Origin: Eledone cirrhosa
Taxonomy: Eukaryota
Assembly: GCA_964016885.1 (NCBI GenBank)
Contig: OZ024745.1
Location: 78,306,001-78,370,000 of the forward strand
Direction: 5' to 3'
DNA length: 64,000 nt
Below are positions 27,381 through 39,957 of the stretch, one piece after another; within the stretch, counting starts at the first letter, position 1; each line of letters begins with the position of its first letter. The translations under genes were made by a program, and so were the position numbers. A model generated the notes under the pieces. The model did not search any database. It was not told the DNA's origin and saw nothing but the letters and a program-made list of their open reading frames with translations.

Positions 27381-27574
27381 TTACATATATGTGTCTTTTC
27401 ATATTTTGTATTAAAAAACAAAATAAATGAAAAGTGGTGAATTACTTTTTGAAACCAAGTAATTTCTTCAAATTGAGTCATTTCTTTAGTGTTATTGTCT
27501 ACATTGTTCTAATAGGCTCACACTCACACACATATACATAAATATATATATATACATCCTGCACTACACACACA

Positions 27575-27610
<36 letters not shown>

Positions 27611-28025
27611 TGTATGTATGTATATATCTGTGTGTTCATGCTCTTGGCTAAACTGTCACCAGTTTTACACAATAAATGCCATTCAATGTGCCAGTTACTC
27701 TTACTCTGTTTGGTATTCTTTACTTATAACAAAAGTGTTTGTATATGACTGATTATACAGTGTGTGCTTTGCTAGATATCTCATATATCGCATTAATGAG
27801 ATTAAAGTGTCCTAATTGAATAGAAAATATATATCTTCCATGTTATTTCCATTTGGTTTATAAATGTAATCCACCTTTGATAACATAAAATATCTGATTT
27901 GTAATCTATATGTAGAGGAACTCCTGAAATATTTTTTCCAGTTTGTAATATCGGAAATATGTTGATGTTCCTGTGTAAAAACTTTAACCAGTAACATAAA
28001 TATATTTTATTATTTCTTAAATATA

Positions 28026-29748
28026 ATGGATTGGGTACCTTTAACCTGGTTAATCATTAGCAGGCATCTTTTTGTCAGAAACCTGTGGAAATTATTATGA
28101 AAATCATGAATTATCAACATATGCTGCCAGACAGTTTAAGAAATTCTTAAGATAATGGTGTGTTATGATGAGTTGTATTTTTCTAGCTATTCACTATTGA
28201 ATAGGTGTGGCCAACATTGTGAGCTAGACTGGGTTGAGATAAACAGTGTAATGTGCTTTGTATAATTAGGAAGCATTATTACTACCATCATTTAGTCATT
28301 AAACAGCAAACTAAAATTTAAAAAAATATGTTTTGAAAAATATCTTGATAATTATCTACATTTTATTACAGATTTTCAACTGAATGGCCAAAATATCACG
28401 TGCCTTAATAGTAAATTAAAATGATATATTTTTAACTATATTTTAACCAAAATATTATTTTCATGTTGTACAAAATTCCTCAGCCACATTGAAAATCAAA
28501 AAAGCATATTTATTTCTTAATAGATTTCAAAAGAATACCTGCCTGTCACACATCTGACTAGTATCTATACAGTCACAATTGTATAAGGACACATATCTAA
28601 ACAATGCAATGACTAAACATTATCAAGTCTTTCAACCTTTAATGGTCAATATATTAAGTAGTAGCAATTTAGTTGAAGTTATAGGGCCTTATATGAAATC
28701 AGTTGAAGTTATAGGGCCTTATATGAAATCACAAGAAATAATATTTTACATAGTATTAACTGTCTTCTTTGTAGAATTATTGGCTTATTCTAGAAAGGGG
28801 AAAACAAGATCTATAAGGAGTTAATATATGTACAGTATACATATGCCTTCTTTACCTTGTGAATTTTCCTTTCTTAGAATGATAAGATACTCTTCTTCAA
28901 AATACATTTTTGATATAACTTTCCAGAGAGTAATTTCAACAGATTTTGTTTCACAAGAAACTTACCATCAATACAATATACCAATATTAACACATACTTT
29001 ACAATTAAATATTGTAGTTTGTTTCATATGCTATAGCAATTCAAAATCTACATATCTTACTTAGTAGTAACTAATTAACACACGTTTATCATATTTAGTC
29101 TATTCAAACAACCCTAACCTAACTTATATTATTATATGATTGTTAATGTAGTTGCAATCTAGGGTTTATTTTGCTTGTGAGAACTATATTGGAAGAATAA
29201 TAGCTGTCTGAACAAAGCATTTTTATTGGAACTTCTAACCATGGCCATCCTGTCTTTTTATTAGTGTATGCTCTCTTAAGATTTAGAACTTTAAAATATG
29301 AGATCTCCTGTAAGAGCTTCCTTGTTGAAGAATAAGATATGCATCTACAGGTCGTGTTCTGTCATTCTTAAGAAGCTACCATATTAGCTTTAATCAATTA
29401 TGAAAGCAGTGGTACTTCATTCAATTCTATCCATAGAGAATGTTTGATTAAGACTTTGTTCTTTACTTTAGTTTATATTATATACACAACTCTATACGAC
29501 ACTATTTAATATATACCTCCAAACTGTTCAAGTGAAATTTACTATTACATACATACACTATCAATAACTACAAATTACCTACAGATTTAGAGAATTACCA
29601 TCTTCAGAAACCAAATATTTGGCAGCAGCTAAAGCCATTATCATTGGAAAACAAACAGCCCAGCAACTTCAATTTTAAAAAATCTCAAGTCATTGGTGAT
29701 GATGTGCAACAAACAGAAGATGGATCAATTCACATCTTAAGATTTTGA
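28026..29748 (+). pseudogene. Candidate disrupted multi-exon gene for a small secreted EGF-like protein
   Basis: Segments MDWVPLTWLI/LAGIFLSETCGNYYE... (28026-28157), YSLLNRCGQHCELDWVEINSVMCF (28187-28259), FQLNGQNITCLN (28372-28410), LENYHLQ...EDGSIHILRF* (29585-29748); splice-site-like ends, with frameshifts and an internal stop. Confidence 0.45.
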
Positions 29749-29919
29749 GAGACATTCTAATTTGCTCACAATTTTCTAATAATACATTGCATTTAAGAAA
29801 AAGTTTATCTCTAAAAATATTTGTTTTATGATTTATTTTAATGTTTGTAACTGCATTATTGAAATAACAATAATTATTTATATTTTCTTGTTGTTATTAT
29901 TATTATTATTATTATTATT

Positions 29920-30243
29920 GTTCTTTGAGTCTCAGTCATTTATGTTAGTTAACTGGAAAGTTTGTTGAAATGAATATCAAGCCACTACCTGCAGCCTCAG
30001 ATATTCAGGACGTATCGGAGGGTTCTTGCTGTTCCCAGCAAGCATGCCTTTTGAAGTGTTCCAAAAAGCGGGGCGGGGCCAATTTTCTTTAACCATCCCT
30101 GGAAACCTTTTGAGATAGTACCTAGTGCACCTATGACAATCGGGACCACTTTGACTTCATGGCAGTTCTAAATCCTTTTTACCTCCCACTTTAAGTCCTG
30201 GTATCGGTTAATTTTCTCCCTCTCCTTCTCTTGCACTCTATCT
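29920..30243 (-). mobile_element. R4/Dong-clade non-LTR retrotransposon 3' end within (TAA)n
   Basis: EKEREKINRYQDLKWEVKRI...VVPIVIGALGTISK...LQKACLLGTARTLRYVLNI*; flanked by (ATT)n on both sides. Confidence 0.8.
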
Positions 30244-30284
30244 TTATTATTATTACTATCTTTATTTTTATTATTATTATTATT

Positions 30285-30790
30285 AATAAAGTACTGGGGT
30301 CGATTTAATCGACTGTCCACTTCCTCTTCAAATTGCTGGTTTTGTGCTTAAAATAGAAGCAATTATTATTATTATTATCAGTAGTATTGGTAGAGCATCA
30401 GACAACTTACTTTGCTGCATTTAATTATGGCCCTTTACTTTCTGAGTTCAAATCCGGCTGAAGTTAGCTTTGCCTTTCAACCTTACAGGATCAATAAAAT
30501 AAACTAACAGTAATGCACTGCCTAAATCACAAACCATTATCATTAATTATAAGAAATCATTATTATTATTTCATCCTTACGGGGTCGATAAAATAAAGTA
30601 CCAGTAATACACTGGGTAATTGCTGGCCTTGTGCCTAACGTAGAAACAATTATTATTATTGGCAGAATTAGTAGAATGTCAAACAAAATACCTTGTATTT
30701 TGTTATGAAGCTTTATATTCTGAGCTCAAATACTTCTGGGCTCAACTTTCCTGTTTATCATTTTGGTGTCGATAAAGTAAGTACATGTGA
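30285..30790 (+). mobile_element. Several partial or degenerate SINE family A copies
   Basis: Core motifs at 30290-30360, 30380-30540, 30570-30660 and 30660-30790. Confidence 0.75.
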
Positions 30791-31224
30791 AATTATCCAC
30801 TTCAAAAATTTGTTAAAACCAATGCTAGTCATGAATTCTATAAGCAGAAATACTGTGAGGACGTGCAAGGACTTTCACAGGCACAGAACCTCACTGATGA
30901 AGACAGAGTTCTCCTATCGTTGACTTGATGATTGGTTCATCCACTAGGCAAACAAGCACTGAAAACTGAGACAATTGTTTATTGATGTTCACTTTTCATC
31001 ACAATCACCATTCCTGTTTCCCAAATAGATCTTAGCATAACCTCGCACAGGTAGCTACCTGGTACTGTGATTTTCCAAAGGGTAACCTGGGATATGGTCC
31101 AGGACTGCTTATTCAATACATTTGAATTCCTCAATCTGGCACCTGAGGATCTGGTGTTATGGTTGTTATCTTCTCAACAAACACAGATGTGAATCATGAA
31201 CACTAACAAAAACACTAATAAAGA

Positions 31225-31550
31225 GGATTAATGGCACATTCATGCAAGTGCTGAGAAAGGTCCAGAACATATCCTGGAGAAAACATGTAACCAATAAACC
31301 ACTCTACGGTTCACACCTTCGCCTTTCTGTCATCATAAGGCATAGGAGGCTCACATTAGTTGGACATGTAAGACATCACAATGAACCTGCTGGCAGAGTT
31401 CTTTTCTGGAAACCTACCTGACAAGTCGGGAGACAAACCACCACACTGAAGGATGTTCCGGAAGATGATACCAGGCTGGAATCAGGAAAAATTCAGATGA
31501 CAATTCTGGACAGGGTGAGCTGGAGGAGGAGCTTTGTCATGGCAATGATA
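31225..31550 (+). mobile_element. RTE-type LINE 3' fragment
   Basis: VLRKVQNISWRKHVTNKPLYG...RHRRLTLVGHVRHHNEPAGRVLFWKP. Confidence 0.65.
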
Positions 31551-31925
31551 AGGAATGTATAGAAAAAGAAAAAGAAAATCAATAGCAGTCATAATGATAA
31601 TGTCTGTGTTGCTGTTACTCTATTTAATAGAATAACAGCAACACAGACATTGATATAATAGAGTCTATTATATCATTGTCATCATCGTTTAACGTCCATT
31701 TTCCATGCTAGTATGGGTTAGACGGGTTGTCCCATTTGATGCAAGTTGGGTCAGGTGACTGTGTCTTACTCATATAGAACTGTATCTGGCTAGGTTTCTA
31801 TGGCTGGATGCCCTTCCTAATGCCAACCACATTTACAGTGTGGGCTGGGTGCTTTTTGTTGTGACTCCTACATGACCACTTTACAGTGTGGCTTAGTTTT
31901 TTTTGTCATGACACCTACACTTTAA

Positions 31926-32110
31926 TAATTGTTTCTACGTTAGGCAGAAGGCCAGCAATTACCCAGTGCATTACTGGTACTTTATTTTATCGACCCCGTA
32001 AGGATGAAAGGCAAAGTCAACCTCGGCGGGATTTGAACTCAGATCGTAAAGGGACGTAACTATGCTGGAAAGCATGGCGTCCGACCCTCTACCGATACTG
32101 CCAATCCACA
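31926..32110 (-). mobile_element. SINE family A with TSD cactttaataat
   Basis: Direct repeat at ~31918-31929 and 32109-32120. Confidence 0.9.
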
Positions 32111-32659
32111 CTTTAATAATAGAAACAAAAAGGGCCAATCATTAGATCTTTACATTAGTCTATCCATTGCTGATACTCTCTGATAGTCACAACTCCTGAC
32201 AAAATGAGGCAGAATTTGAACTGAGAATGCACAGAGCTACATCATCATCATCATCATCATCTTCGTTTAACGTCCATTTTCCATGCTAGCATGGGTTAGA
32301 CAGGAGTTGTCCCACTTGAGGCAAGGTTGGTCGGGTGACCGTGTCTCGCTCATATAGGACTGTCTGGCAGGTTTTCTACGGCTGGATGCCCTTCCTAACA
32401 ACAACCACATTTACAGTGTGGAACTGGGAACTTTTTACCGTGTTACCTACACGGCCACATTACAGCATGGACTGTGTGTTTTTTTCTCGTGACACCTACA
32501 CAATCTCGATCTCATTATCTCATTTATTAGACTGGATGTTGTGGTACCAACTTCATAGAGAGAGGGTGGTGTTGGTGGGAGTGGGAAGATAGGGTAGGGG
32601 TAGTGGATTGTGGAGTATATTTGGTTAAGAGGTGCCTACTGACTGTAGGTTTCGCTTTG

Positions 32660-32960
32660 TACATAGGCAAGACGGCTCTTCTGTATTACTGCGTAGCACC
32701 AAAGATCTCGGTCCAGTGACATTGTCTTAGAGAGGTGCAAGTGTGTAAGGTCGGAATTTATCAGATCGTCCCAGGTTTTTCTGGGTCTACCTACTCTGTA
32801 ACTACCGTCAATTTTGATCGCCCTGCACTTTTTTATACAGCTGTTGTCTTTCATGCGCATCACGTGGCCATACCAACGTAGTCTTCTCTCGAGTAAACAG
32901 CATCTGATCCCTCTTATTCCTAATTTCTCATTTAGTTCATTTATGCTTTGCCGTTCACGT
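32660..32960 (-). mobile_element. RTE-clade LINE 3' fragment
   Basis: RRLRWYGHVMRMKDNSCIKKC...GRPRKTWDD. Confidence 0.8.
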
Positions 32961-33184
32961 ATCAGATATTGTAAAGTATCCCACTGGGGACTTTTTTATA
33001 TCAACGCCAAAACAGATGTAAGGCAAAGTACAACTCAGAGTGTAAAAAAATACTGAGGCATTTAATCTGACACTCTAACAACTCTGTCAATTTGCCACAT
33101 GATAATAATAATGAAAGCTAAAATTTGGGAGAAGAATATATAAGAATTAGTCACATACATGCTTTTTTCAACTAAGTATTAATA

Positions 33185-33400
33185 AGAGTTTCTGATTTAT
33201 ACACTAAGCCAACAATTTTCGTGGAGGGGAAAAGTCGAATAAATGGACCCAGTACATTACTGTGCTTTATTTAATCGACCCAGTAAGGATGAAAGGCAAA
33301 AGCTAACTTCAGTGGGATTTGAACTCAAAACATAAAGAGGGGTGACTCTTGGCTGTGAAGCATGGTGTCCAATGCTCTACTGACACAGCCAAGCCACTGC
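33185..33400 (-). mobile_element. SINE family A, long variant, diverged
   Basis: Reverse-complement core and B box. Confidence 0.8.
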
Positions 33401-33704
33401 CATCTACTAAGCATTAATAATACAACTAAGAATTGATTATTCATTTTTATATCTATTGTCAACCATTGTCAACCAACTAATTAGAACATTATGAATAATC
33501 AGGTTTCATAGACATGTGGACAAATTCTTATTTTGTAGGTAAATAGTAACATAACAGAATATATTAGTATTTCTTTTTATCATTTATCTACTGTATTCAA
33601 TTTCTGCCATGATCAATATTGGGTCAGTACCATACAAGTAGACAATTTCAGCATATATACACTTATAAACCTTTGTATTCTTGTGTCAATATTAAAAAAC
33701 AATT

Positions 33705-33709
33705 TCTCC

Positions 33710-33741
<32 letters not shown>

Positions 33742-34320
33742 CTCCTCTTCCTCCTCCTCTTCCTTCTTCTTCTTCTTCGTCCACTTATTCCTGAGAGGGT
33801 CATGGGAGAAGAGTTCTCAAGTATGCCTTCCAGTGGGTTGTGTCAGTAGCAACCACCTCTAATTGATCCGGCTGGATCCTCAAGCCAAGCTCTTGGGTGT
33901 TATCTTATCTAACAATCTTGCTCAGTGTCTACCCATGGGTCTCTTGCCGGTTGGTTTTGCCCATAAAATCTGTCCAGCTGTTCTTTCCTGAGACATTCGA
34001 ACCACATGTCTGTAATATCAAAGCTGTGATCTCTCAATTCAGAGAAGTAGTGGCTCTCACTAGAATGATCCTCTGATCTCTAAGCTATGTGCTATATGAA
34101 GTAACGTTATCCAAAGACCTTTTGGAAGAACCCCATTTTGCCTGCTTGTATTTGCGATCATATTCTTTCGGTGACTACCAAAGATTGAGGACAAAAGTTA
34201 AGGGTTGGCATAAATACCGAATTGAAGATAGTGAATTTGGCTTTTACATTACCTTCCTTCTTCTGATGACCAAATGCTGAAGTTGGCACATTATTGCACC
34301 TCCACCTGCAATGCTTGCAC
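33705..34320 (-). mobile_element. RTE-clade LINE 3' fragment with (GAA/GAG)n tail
   Basis: Paralog of 6490-7130; (CTC/CTT)n tract at 33706-33778. Confidence 0.8.
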
Positions 34321-34334
34321 TTACCTCATCGTCC

Positions 34335-34830
34335 TGCTTCTTTGTTTGCATTGTGTCTTCTGTCTGGATGTGTTGTATGACAGAATTTATCTGTTTTGTA
34401 ATTTCAATTATCATCATTTTATCTACTCTTCTCATATTCATTGGGATTCTTTCTTCTGGGGCATTCATCAAATTCATAAGCCCTCTACATAACTCAAGCA
34501 ACTTATCATCCAAGTGACTCCTTCCTCTTGTATCACCATTCTCATCTTCAACCATACCAGGGTTCAATGGATAACATTCCTCTTCAGCAGCCCTAACATT
34601 TCCATCACAATTCCCCTGCTGCCCATTTTCATCTCTAGCTTCAACCATTGAGACTGCTTCAGCTTCTGCTCTAACCTCCATTTGTTGTTCATCTGCAGGT
34701 TCCGTTAAGTGTTCATTAATCCAAAATATTTCTACTTTAGTTAACCACCCCTTCCTCCTAATCACCCTCACTTGATTCATTAGTTTACTTTCAGACATCT
34801 CAAAACTGATCTTTTCCATCCAAAAGTCCA
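34335..34830 (-). mobile_element. Probable N-terminal ORF fragment of an R4/Dong-type retrotransposon
   Basis: FEMSESKLMNQVRVIRRKGWLTKVEI and QINSVIQHIQTEDTMQT resemble the R4-clade pre-RT region (recognised from memory). Confidence 0.55.
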
Positions 34831-35085
34831 CAGTGTGTTGTCCTACTCCATGACTTCCTTCCAGTTTTCTTCTTTCATGACATTGAATTAGTGTAGCATA
34901 CTCTTCCCTTGTCTATTAGTCTCTAGCTGTGTGCACATTGTGTGTGTGATTTGTTGCTTGAGAATGACTATCCAGAGCCTCATAACATACCCCTGTTGCT
35001 GGGGGCTCCAAAAATCCTGGGCAGGGGGAACATCACAGTGATTGGTTCCAGCCTCATTCACACCATTAACTATTTCATTATTGTT

Positions 35086-36366
35086 TTGGTGGATTGGCAG
35101 TATCGGTAGAGGGTCGGACGCCATGCTTTCCAGCATAGTTACGCCCCTTTACGATCTGAGTTCAAATTCCGCCGAGGTTGACTTTGCCTTTCATCCTTAC
35201 GGAGGTCGATAAAATAAAGTACCAGTAATGCACTGGGTAATTGCTGGCCTTGTGCCTAAAGTAGAAACAATTATTGTTTTGCATCATGATTCAATGAGAG
35301 TGGTTTGTAGTGCTTTTTCCCTCCCTCCAAGTGTTTTTATTGTGACTCCGGCTCTATATAACCTGCTTTGCCAGTCTAAAGTGTGTCTTTATTATTATCA
35401 TTATCAACACCACCACTGCCATCAGTACTACCTTTATAATCATCACTATCATTATCACTGTCACTGCCATCACTCTTATCACCATCACTGTAGTTGTGGT
35501 CCCATTGTTGTTGTGGTATTGTTAATAACAACAGTAATAATGGTTTCAGATTTAGGCACAAGGCCAGCAATATTTTGGGGGAGGGGAAAGTCGATTAAAT
35601 CGAACCCTATTGCATTACTGGTATTTTATTTTATCGACCCTGGAAGGATGAAAGGCAAAGCTAACCTCGGCGAAATTTGAACTTAGAACGTAAAAGGTCG
35701 TAACTCTACGTCGCAAAGCATGGTGTCCGACGCTCTACCGATACTCCCAAGCCACCTCTCTAACGGCAACAACAACAATAATAATGTTTCTACTTTTGGC
35801 ACAAGGCCGGCAATTATCCCAGTGCATTACTGGTACTTTATTTTATCGACCCCGTAAGGATGAAAGGCAAAGTTAACCTCGGTGGGATTTGAACTCAGAC
35901 CGTAAAGGGGCGTAACTCTATGCTACAAAGCATGGCGTCCGACCCTCTACCGATACTGCCAATCCACCGTTCAATAATAATTAGCAGCAGTAGTATTCTA
36001 TTGGACTTGTGGTTATTGCTAGTATGGGATGATGTTGTTTGTGGTGGAGTCAAGACTTAAGCAGTGGAAGTGGGGGTGTTGGAATTTATTCTGCCTTTCA
36101 AAGTTGTGAGCTTGGTGTTGTTGATGTTGCTGTTTTTTTATCGTTATTCTATTAATACGTAGGGCGGTGGATTGACAGTATCGGTAGAGGGTCGGACTCT
36201 ATGCTTTGCAGCATAGTTACGTCCCTTTACGGACTGAGTTCAAATCCCGCCGAGGTTAACTTTGCCTTTCATCCTTACGTGGTCGATAAAATAAAGTACC
36301 AGTAATGCACTGGGTAATTGCTGGCCTTGTGCCAAAAGTAGAAACAGTTATTCTATTAATACGTAG
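35086..36366. mobile_element. SINE family A cluster: 35088-35275(+), 35540-35760(-, long), 35785-35970(-), 36163-36346(+)
   Basis: The last copy has a perfect 20-bp TSD gttattctattaatacgtag (36143-36162 / 36347-36366). Confidence 0.9.
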
Positions 36367-36524
36367 ACCCCGATTTGTTCATAATAGTGAGAGATGGGAG
36401 AGCGGGAGAGACGGAAGCAGTGACTAAACCAGCATTGCTGAAGTATTTTGTAGAGTTAAAGGGTAAATGATTTTTATGATAGGTAGCCAACTCTGTGGTG
36501 ATGGTGGTGATGGTGATCGTAGGA

Positions 36525-37440
36525 GGTGGCCCTAGGGCTAAGGACACCCGAAGTCCCCACTGCTCGAACGCAAAACTGTCGGAGGGCAACCGATATTTTG
36601 AGAGTTTACCCTCCTCAGCCCGAAGTGCAGCAGAGCGTGGGTTAGTCGCAGATTGCATCAGGTTGCCACTGGAGAATGTGTCGCTGCATCTGGCATCCCA
36701 GATAATGGGTTTACCACCGCGGAACGAGAAGAGTCATGCCGTCTGACCTTTTTTCATCCCCTTGGTCCAGCTCCGCCTACTCAAGCTGGAAAGGGAACCC
36801 CTGCAGCATCTAAGCCATGCTTTATGACCTCGCTGAGAACAGCATGACATGGAAGGCGGCCGGCAATGTAGCGACAGGACAGCGGGTGGAAGCCGAAAGA
36901 GTCTACGACTCGTAGATCCGGAGGCTGGGTCTCAGGGAAACCCCGATTCGCAGGCTATCATTATCCAGCTGCGTGTCAGTCGAAAAGGGGCGTAAGGCAT
37001 TGAGCCAAGCACCACAGTGGGGTTGCGAGGCTAAGCAAAAACATTGCAAAGCGGTGCTGGTCGAACTGGCGCGCTAGCCTGTCCGAGGCCATGTCGCACT
37101 GGATGGCATGCCTTATGCTCTTGAGGGATTTGACGTCAACAGTTCAGGTGTGATCGACCTGCATATTACCTTGGCAGCCTGCCTTAGGAAGACATTGCCC
37201 ACAGTGAGGGGGCGTATGCCACCCTCTTTCTTCCTGAGAGCGGTCAGGCTAGCTGAAAAGAAGAGGCCTCAAGCGTAAGGGTCCAGGACGCCATAGATGA
37301 ACCTGTTGATGAGTGCCACGATTGCACTCAGAAGGCGGCGCCCGGCTTCGGCTGATAGGGGGGGATAGCAACACTTTGAGGTAGCCAGGTCGGAGACCAT
37401 CAGTACCTCCGCTACTGCTGGCAGGGAAGGACTTGTCCAA
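36525..37440 (-). mobile_element. Internally deleted CRE-clade retrotransposon
   Basis: SSGGTDGLRPGYLK and LTALRKKEGGIRPLTVGNVF (RT N-terminus) lie close to the Zn-knuckle/RLE region (SATNPRSAALRAEEGKLSKY). Confidence 0.8.
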
Positions 37441-39507
37441 AAATAAGGTAGACTTACTACTTAATTAAAAATAACAACAAAATGTTGTGTAAACAAAATT
37501 TACAGAATATGTAAAATGTAAAATGTTATATCATTATAGAAGTTGATACAAATACGCAGTTTATTTAATCGACCTGTAAACAGCAACGATGGCTACATAA
37601 TTTGTACGAAAATCTTACATGTACTTAGATAAAACAATAACAAAACTATTTGAAAATGTGTTTCTTTTGTTATTGGTTCACCTGACTTTTACATATACTG
37701 AATTACAACATAGCCATGTATATTTGTGTTTTGTTGTGTGTGTATTCATGGAGCAGTGTATTGGCAATGCCGTTAAAACGTCAAATAGAATACTTTACGG
37801 TATTCCTCTCTCTCTCTCTGTTTATTCTTTCTTTCTCTCCTTCAATGAAAGGAATCGTCTATACTCAGACTTGTAGAAGAGGTAGTCCCTGTCAAATTTA
37901 AAATGCACCGTATGTCATTTCATTAATCCTATGATTCAAACAGGAGCTACTGGTCCATAAACAAATCCATACATCTGTGTGTATGTGTGTGCTAGTGAGT
38001 GTGTGTGTGTGTGTGTAAAAATATATGTGTACATTTGTGGAAATGTACATGTGTTGACGTGTCTATGTGTAAATATATGTGTATTGAAACATATTTATAT
38101 ACAAATGTGTATGTATATGTGTACAAATTTGGATGTGCACACCATTAGCATTACACTTGTTTTAATCGGCTAGTCACATAAAGAGGGGCAATGACTATGA
38201 CCTTTGCAGAGACTCCTAAAATGATGAGGTGCATGCTGTTGATGCTTAGAACCATGACTATTTGCAGGTCAACGCTTGAATACTTACAATAGAGTGAATT
38301 ACACTAAAACATCCCCACGATCAGGTGGCTGTGTTAAATAGTGTGGCATCTTGAGCCAACTGCTCATAAAAGGGCCTTGTGATATCATGACCACAACACC
38401 AAAGAGTTTATCCAACCGGAGAAAATACGTGGTATTTGAATGGAAATATGTTTTTCGAAAGGGTTTATGTAAGTGTGTTATCAGCAAGTAGAAAGAATAT
38501 ATTTAGTTCTTGGCAGGTTGAATCCATTCATTCAAGGTTGAATCTTTTACAAGGGTTTTCATCAGGTTTTTACACTATGAAAAATATATTGGAACTGTTA
38601 TAATCGTAATGAGTAAGTAGTATTAATATATTTAATGCATAGACCATTAACATCTAACAAGAAATACAGCTATGTTAATTCATGACTAAAACATGCTATT
38701 TTCAGTTTTCTGATAAGCATGGAAGATAATACTTAGTATATTTTGATCTTATTTTTACCTTATCAGTGAACTATAATTTTTACTGTAATTACCAATGCAA
38801 TGATGAATGCTTCAATATGTAGATAATCAAGATTGTACGTTTGTTGATGCAGAATGAAAGAAATTGTTAAAAAATTAACTAATCCAAAGACCCCCATCTG
38901 CAGGGAAAATAAAAAAGTTATGTTAATGCCAGGACTATGATGAAGCAAAGTAGATATAAATATGGCAAAATGATATAATCAATTACTAATACTCTTTTTC
39001 CTATAATAGCAGAGTATAGAGGAAGCATTTTATCATGGCATTGACACTAGAGTGCTTGCTGTGTCCTTATCGCAGCAAGAGATCTCCCGATCCTACTTTG
39101 ATAATATTTAATCGTCAACTATTTGACACAATGTACTAAGAACATTTTATTGTGGCACCAGCACTAGAGAGGTCATTTTCACCATTCTTTCAAGGAAACG
39201 TATCTTCCCAAGGATACAGAGATTAGAATTATAACATTATAATCGTGAAGAAAGCATTCTAAACACTAAGCCGCGTGCCCTCAACTTTATTTTAGGTAAT
39301 CAACACACTAAACAAATATTGAATACATACTGTTTATCAAGGCAAAAATAATATTTGTAATTAATAGAGACTGTTTCGAATTTTCGCCGAAACTACTGGC
39401 TTCGAAAAACAGTGTAGTAAAATGAAGCTGTCCCTACATTTAATGAGAACTGATTTTAGAAAAGAAGTAGTTGTAGATGTACTAAACACCAATACAATAT
39501 CGACAGT

Positions 39508-39600
39508 TGATCGACTTTCGTCAAATCGGACCGATGAAACAATGTTTCCATTGGTCTTTCCAATTGCTAATACTATCTATCGGTCGCAACTCCAGGTAGA
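39508..39600 (+). repeat. Dispersed ~92-bp repeat; paralog at 54926-55017
   Basis: gatcgactttcgtcaaatcggaccga...cggtcgcaactccaggtaga is nearly identical in both places. Confidence 0.85.
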
Positions 39601-39627
39601 CGGTGTGGGTATGGTGTGGTGTGCGGT

Positions 39628-39723
39628 GGCCGGAAGTGGGGAGTGCTCGACCGGAAGAGTGCTTGGCCGGAAGGGTGCTTGGCCGGAAGTGTGCTCGGCC
39701 GGAAGGGTGCTCGACCGGAAGGG
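39628..39723 (+). repeat. Six tandem ~16-bp units containing CCGGAAG
   Basis: (g/a)ccggaag(t/g/a)gtgct(c/t)g units visible directly. Confidence 0.85.
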
Positions 39724-39957
39724 CCAGCAGGTCGGCCTCTCTCTAGCGGTGATTCACCAATACACACACACACACACATATATATATAGAGAGAGAGAAC
39801 GTGATGTATGTGTGCCTGTTATGTATATCGTTTCTAAAAAGCTATGTGTGCGAGTTCCATGTAGTTGTTTTTGTTGATCGAGTGTGAAGGTGGTCGGTCA
39901 AACGAGTATTTGCGATACATAGATCTGTTGTCCCATTATATATTATGATTCTTGACA

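Noticed and set aside
27812-27970. Minus-strand terminal exon candidate (EHQHISDITNWKKYF...)
   Set aside because: The acceptor is plausible but there is no recognisable homology, and its only partner exon would overlap the better-supported + strand EGF-like candidate
28671-28730. Exact 30-bp tandem duplication (similar case near 41947-42008)
   Set aside because: Ordinary slippage duplication with no sign of function
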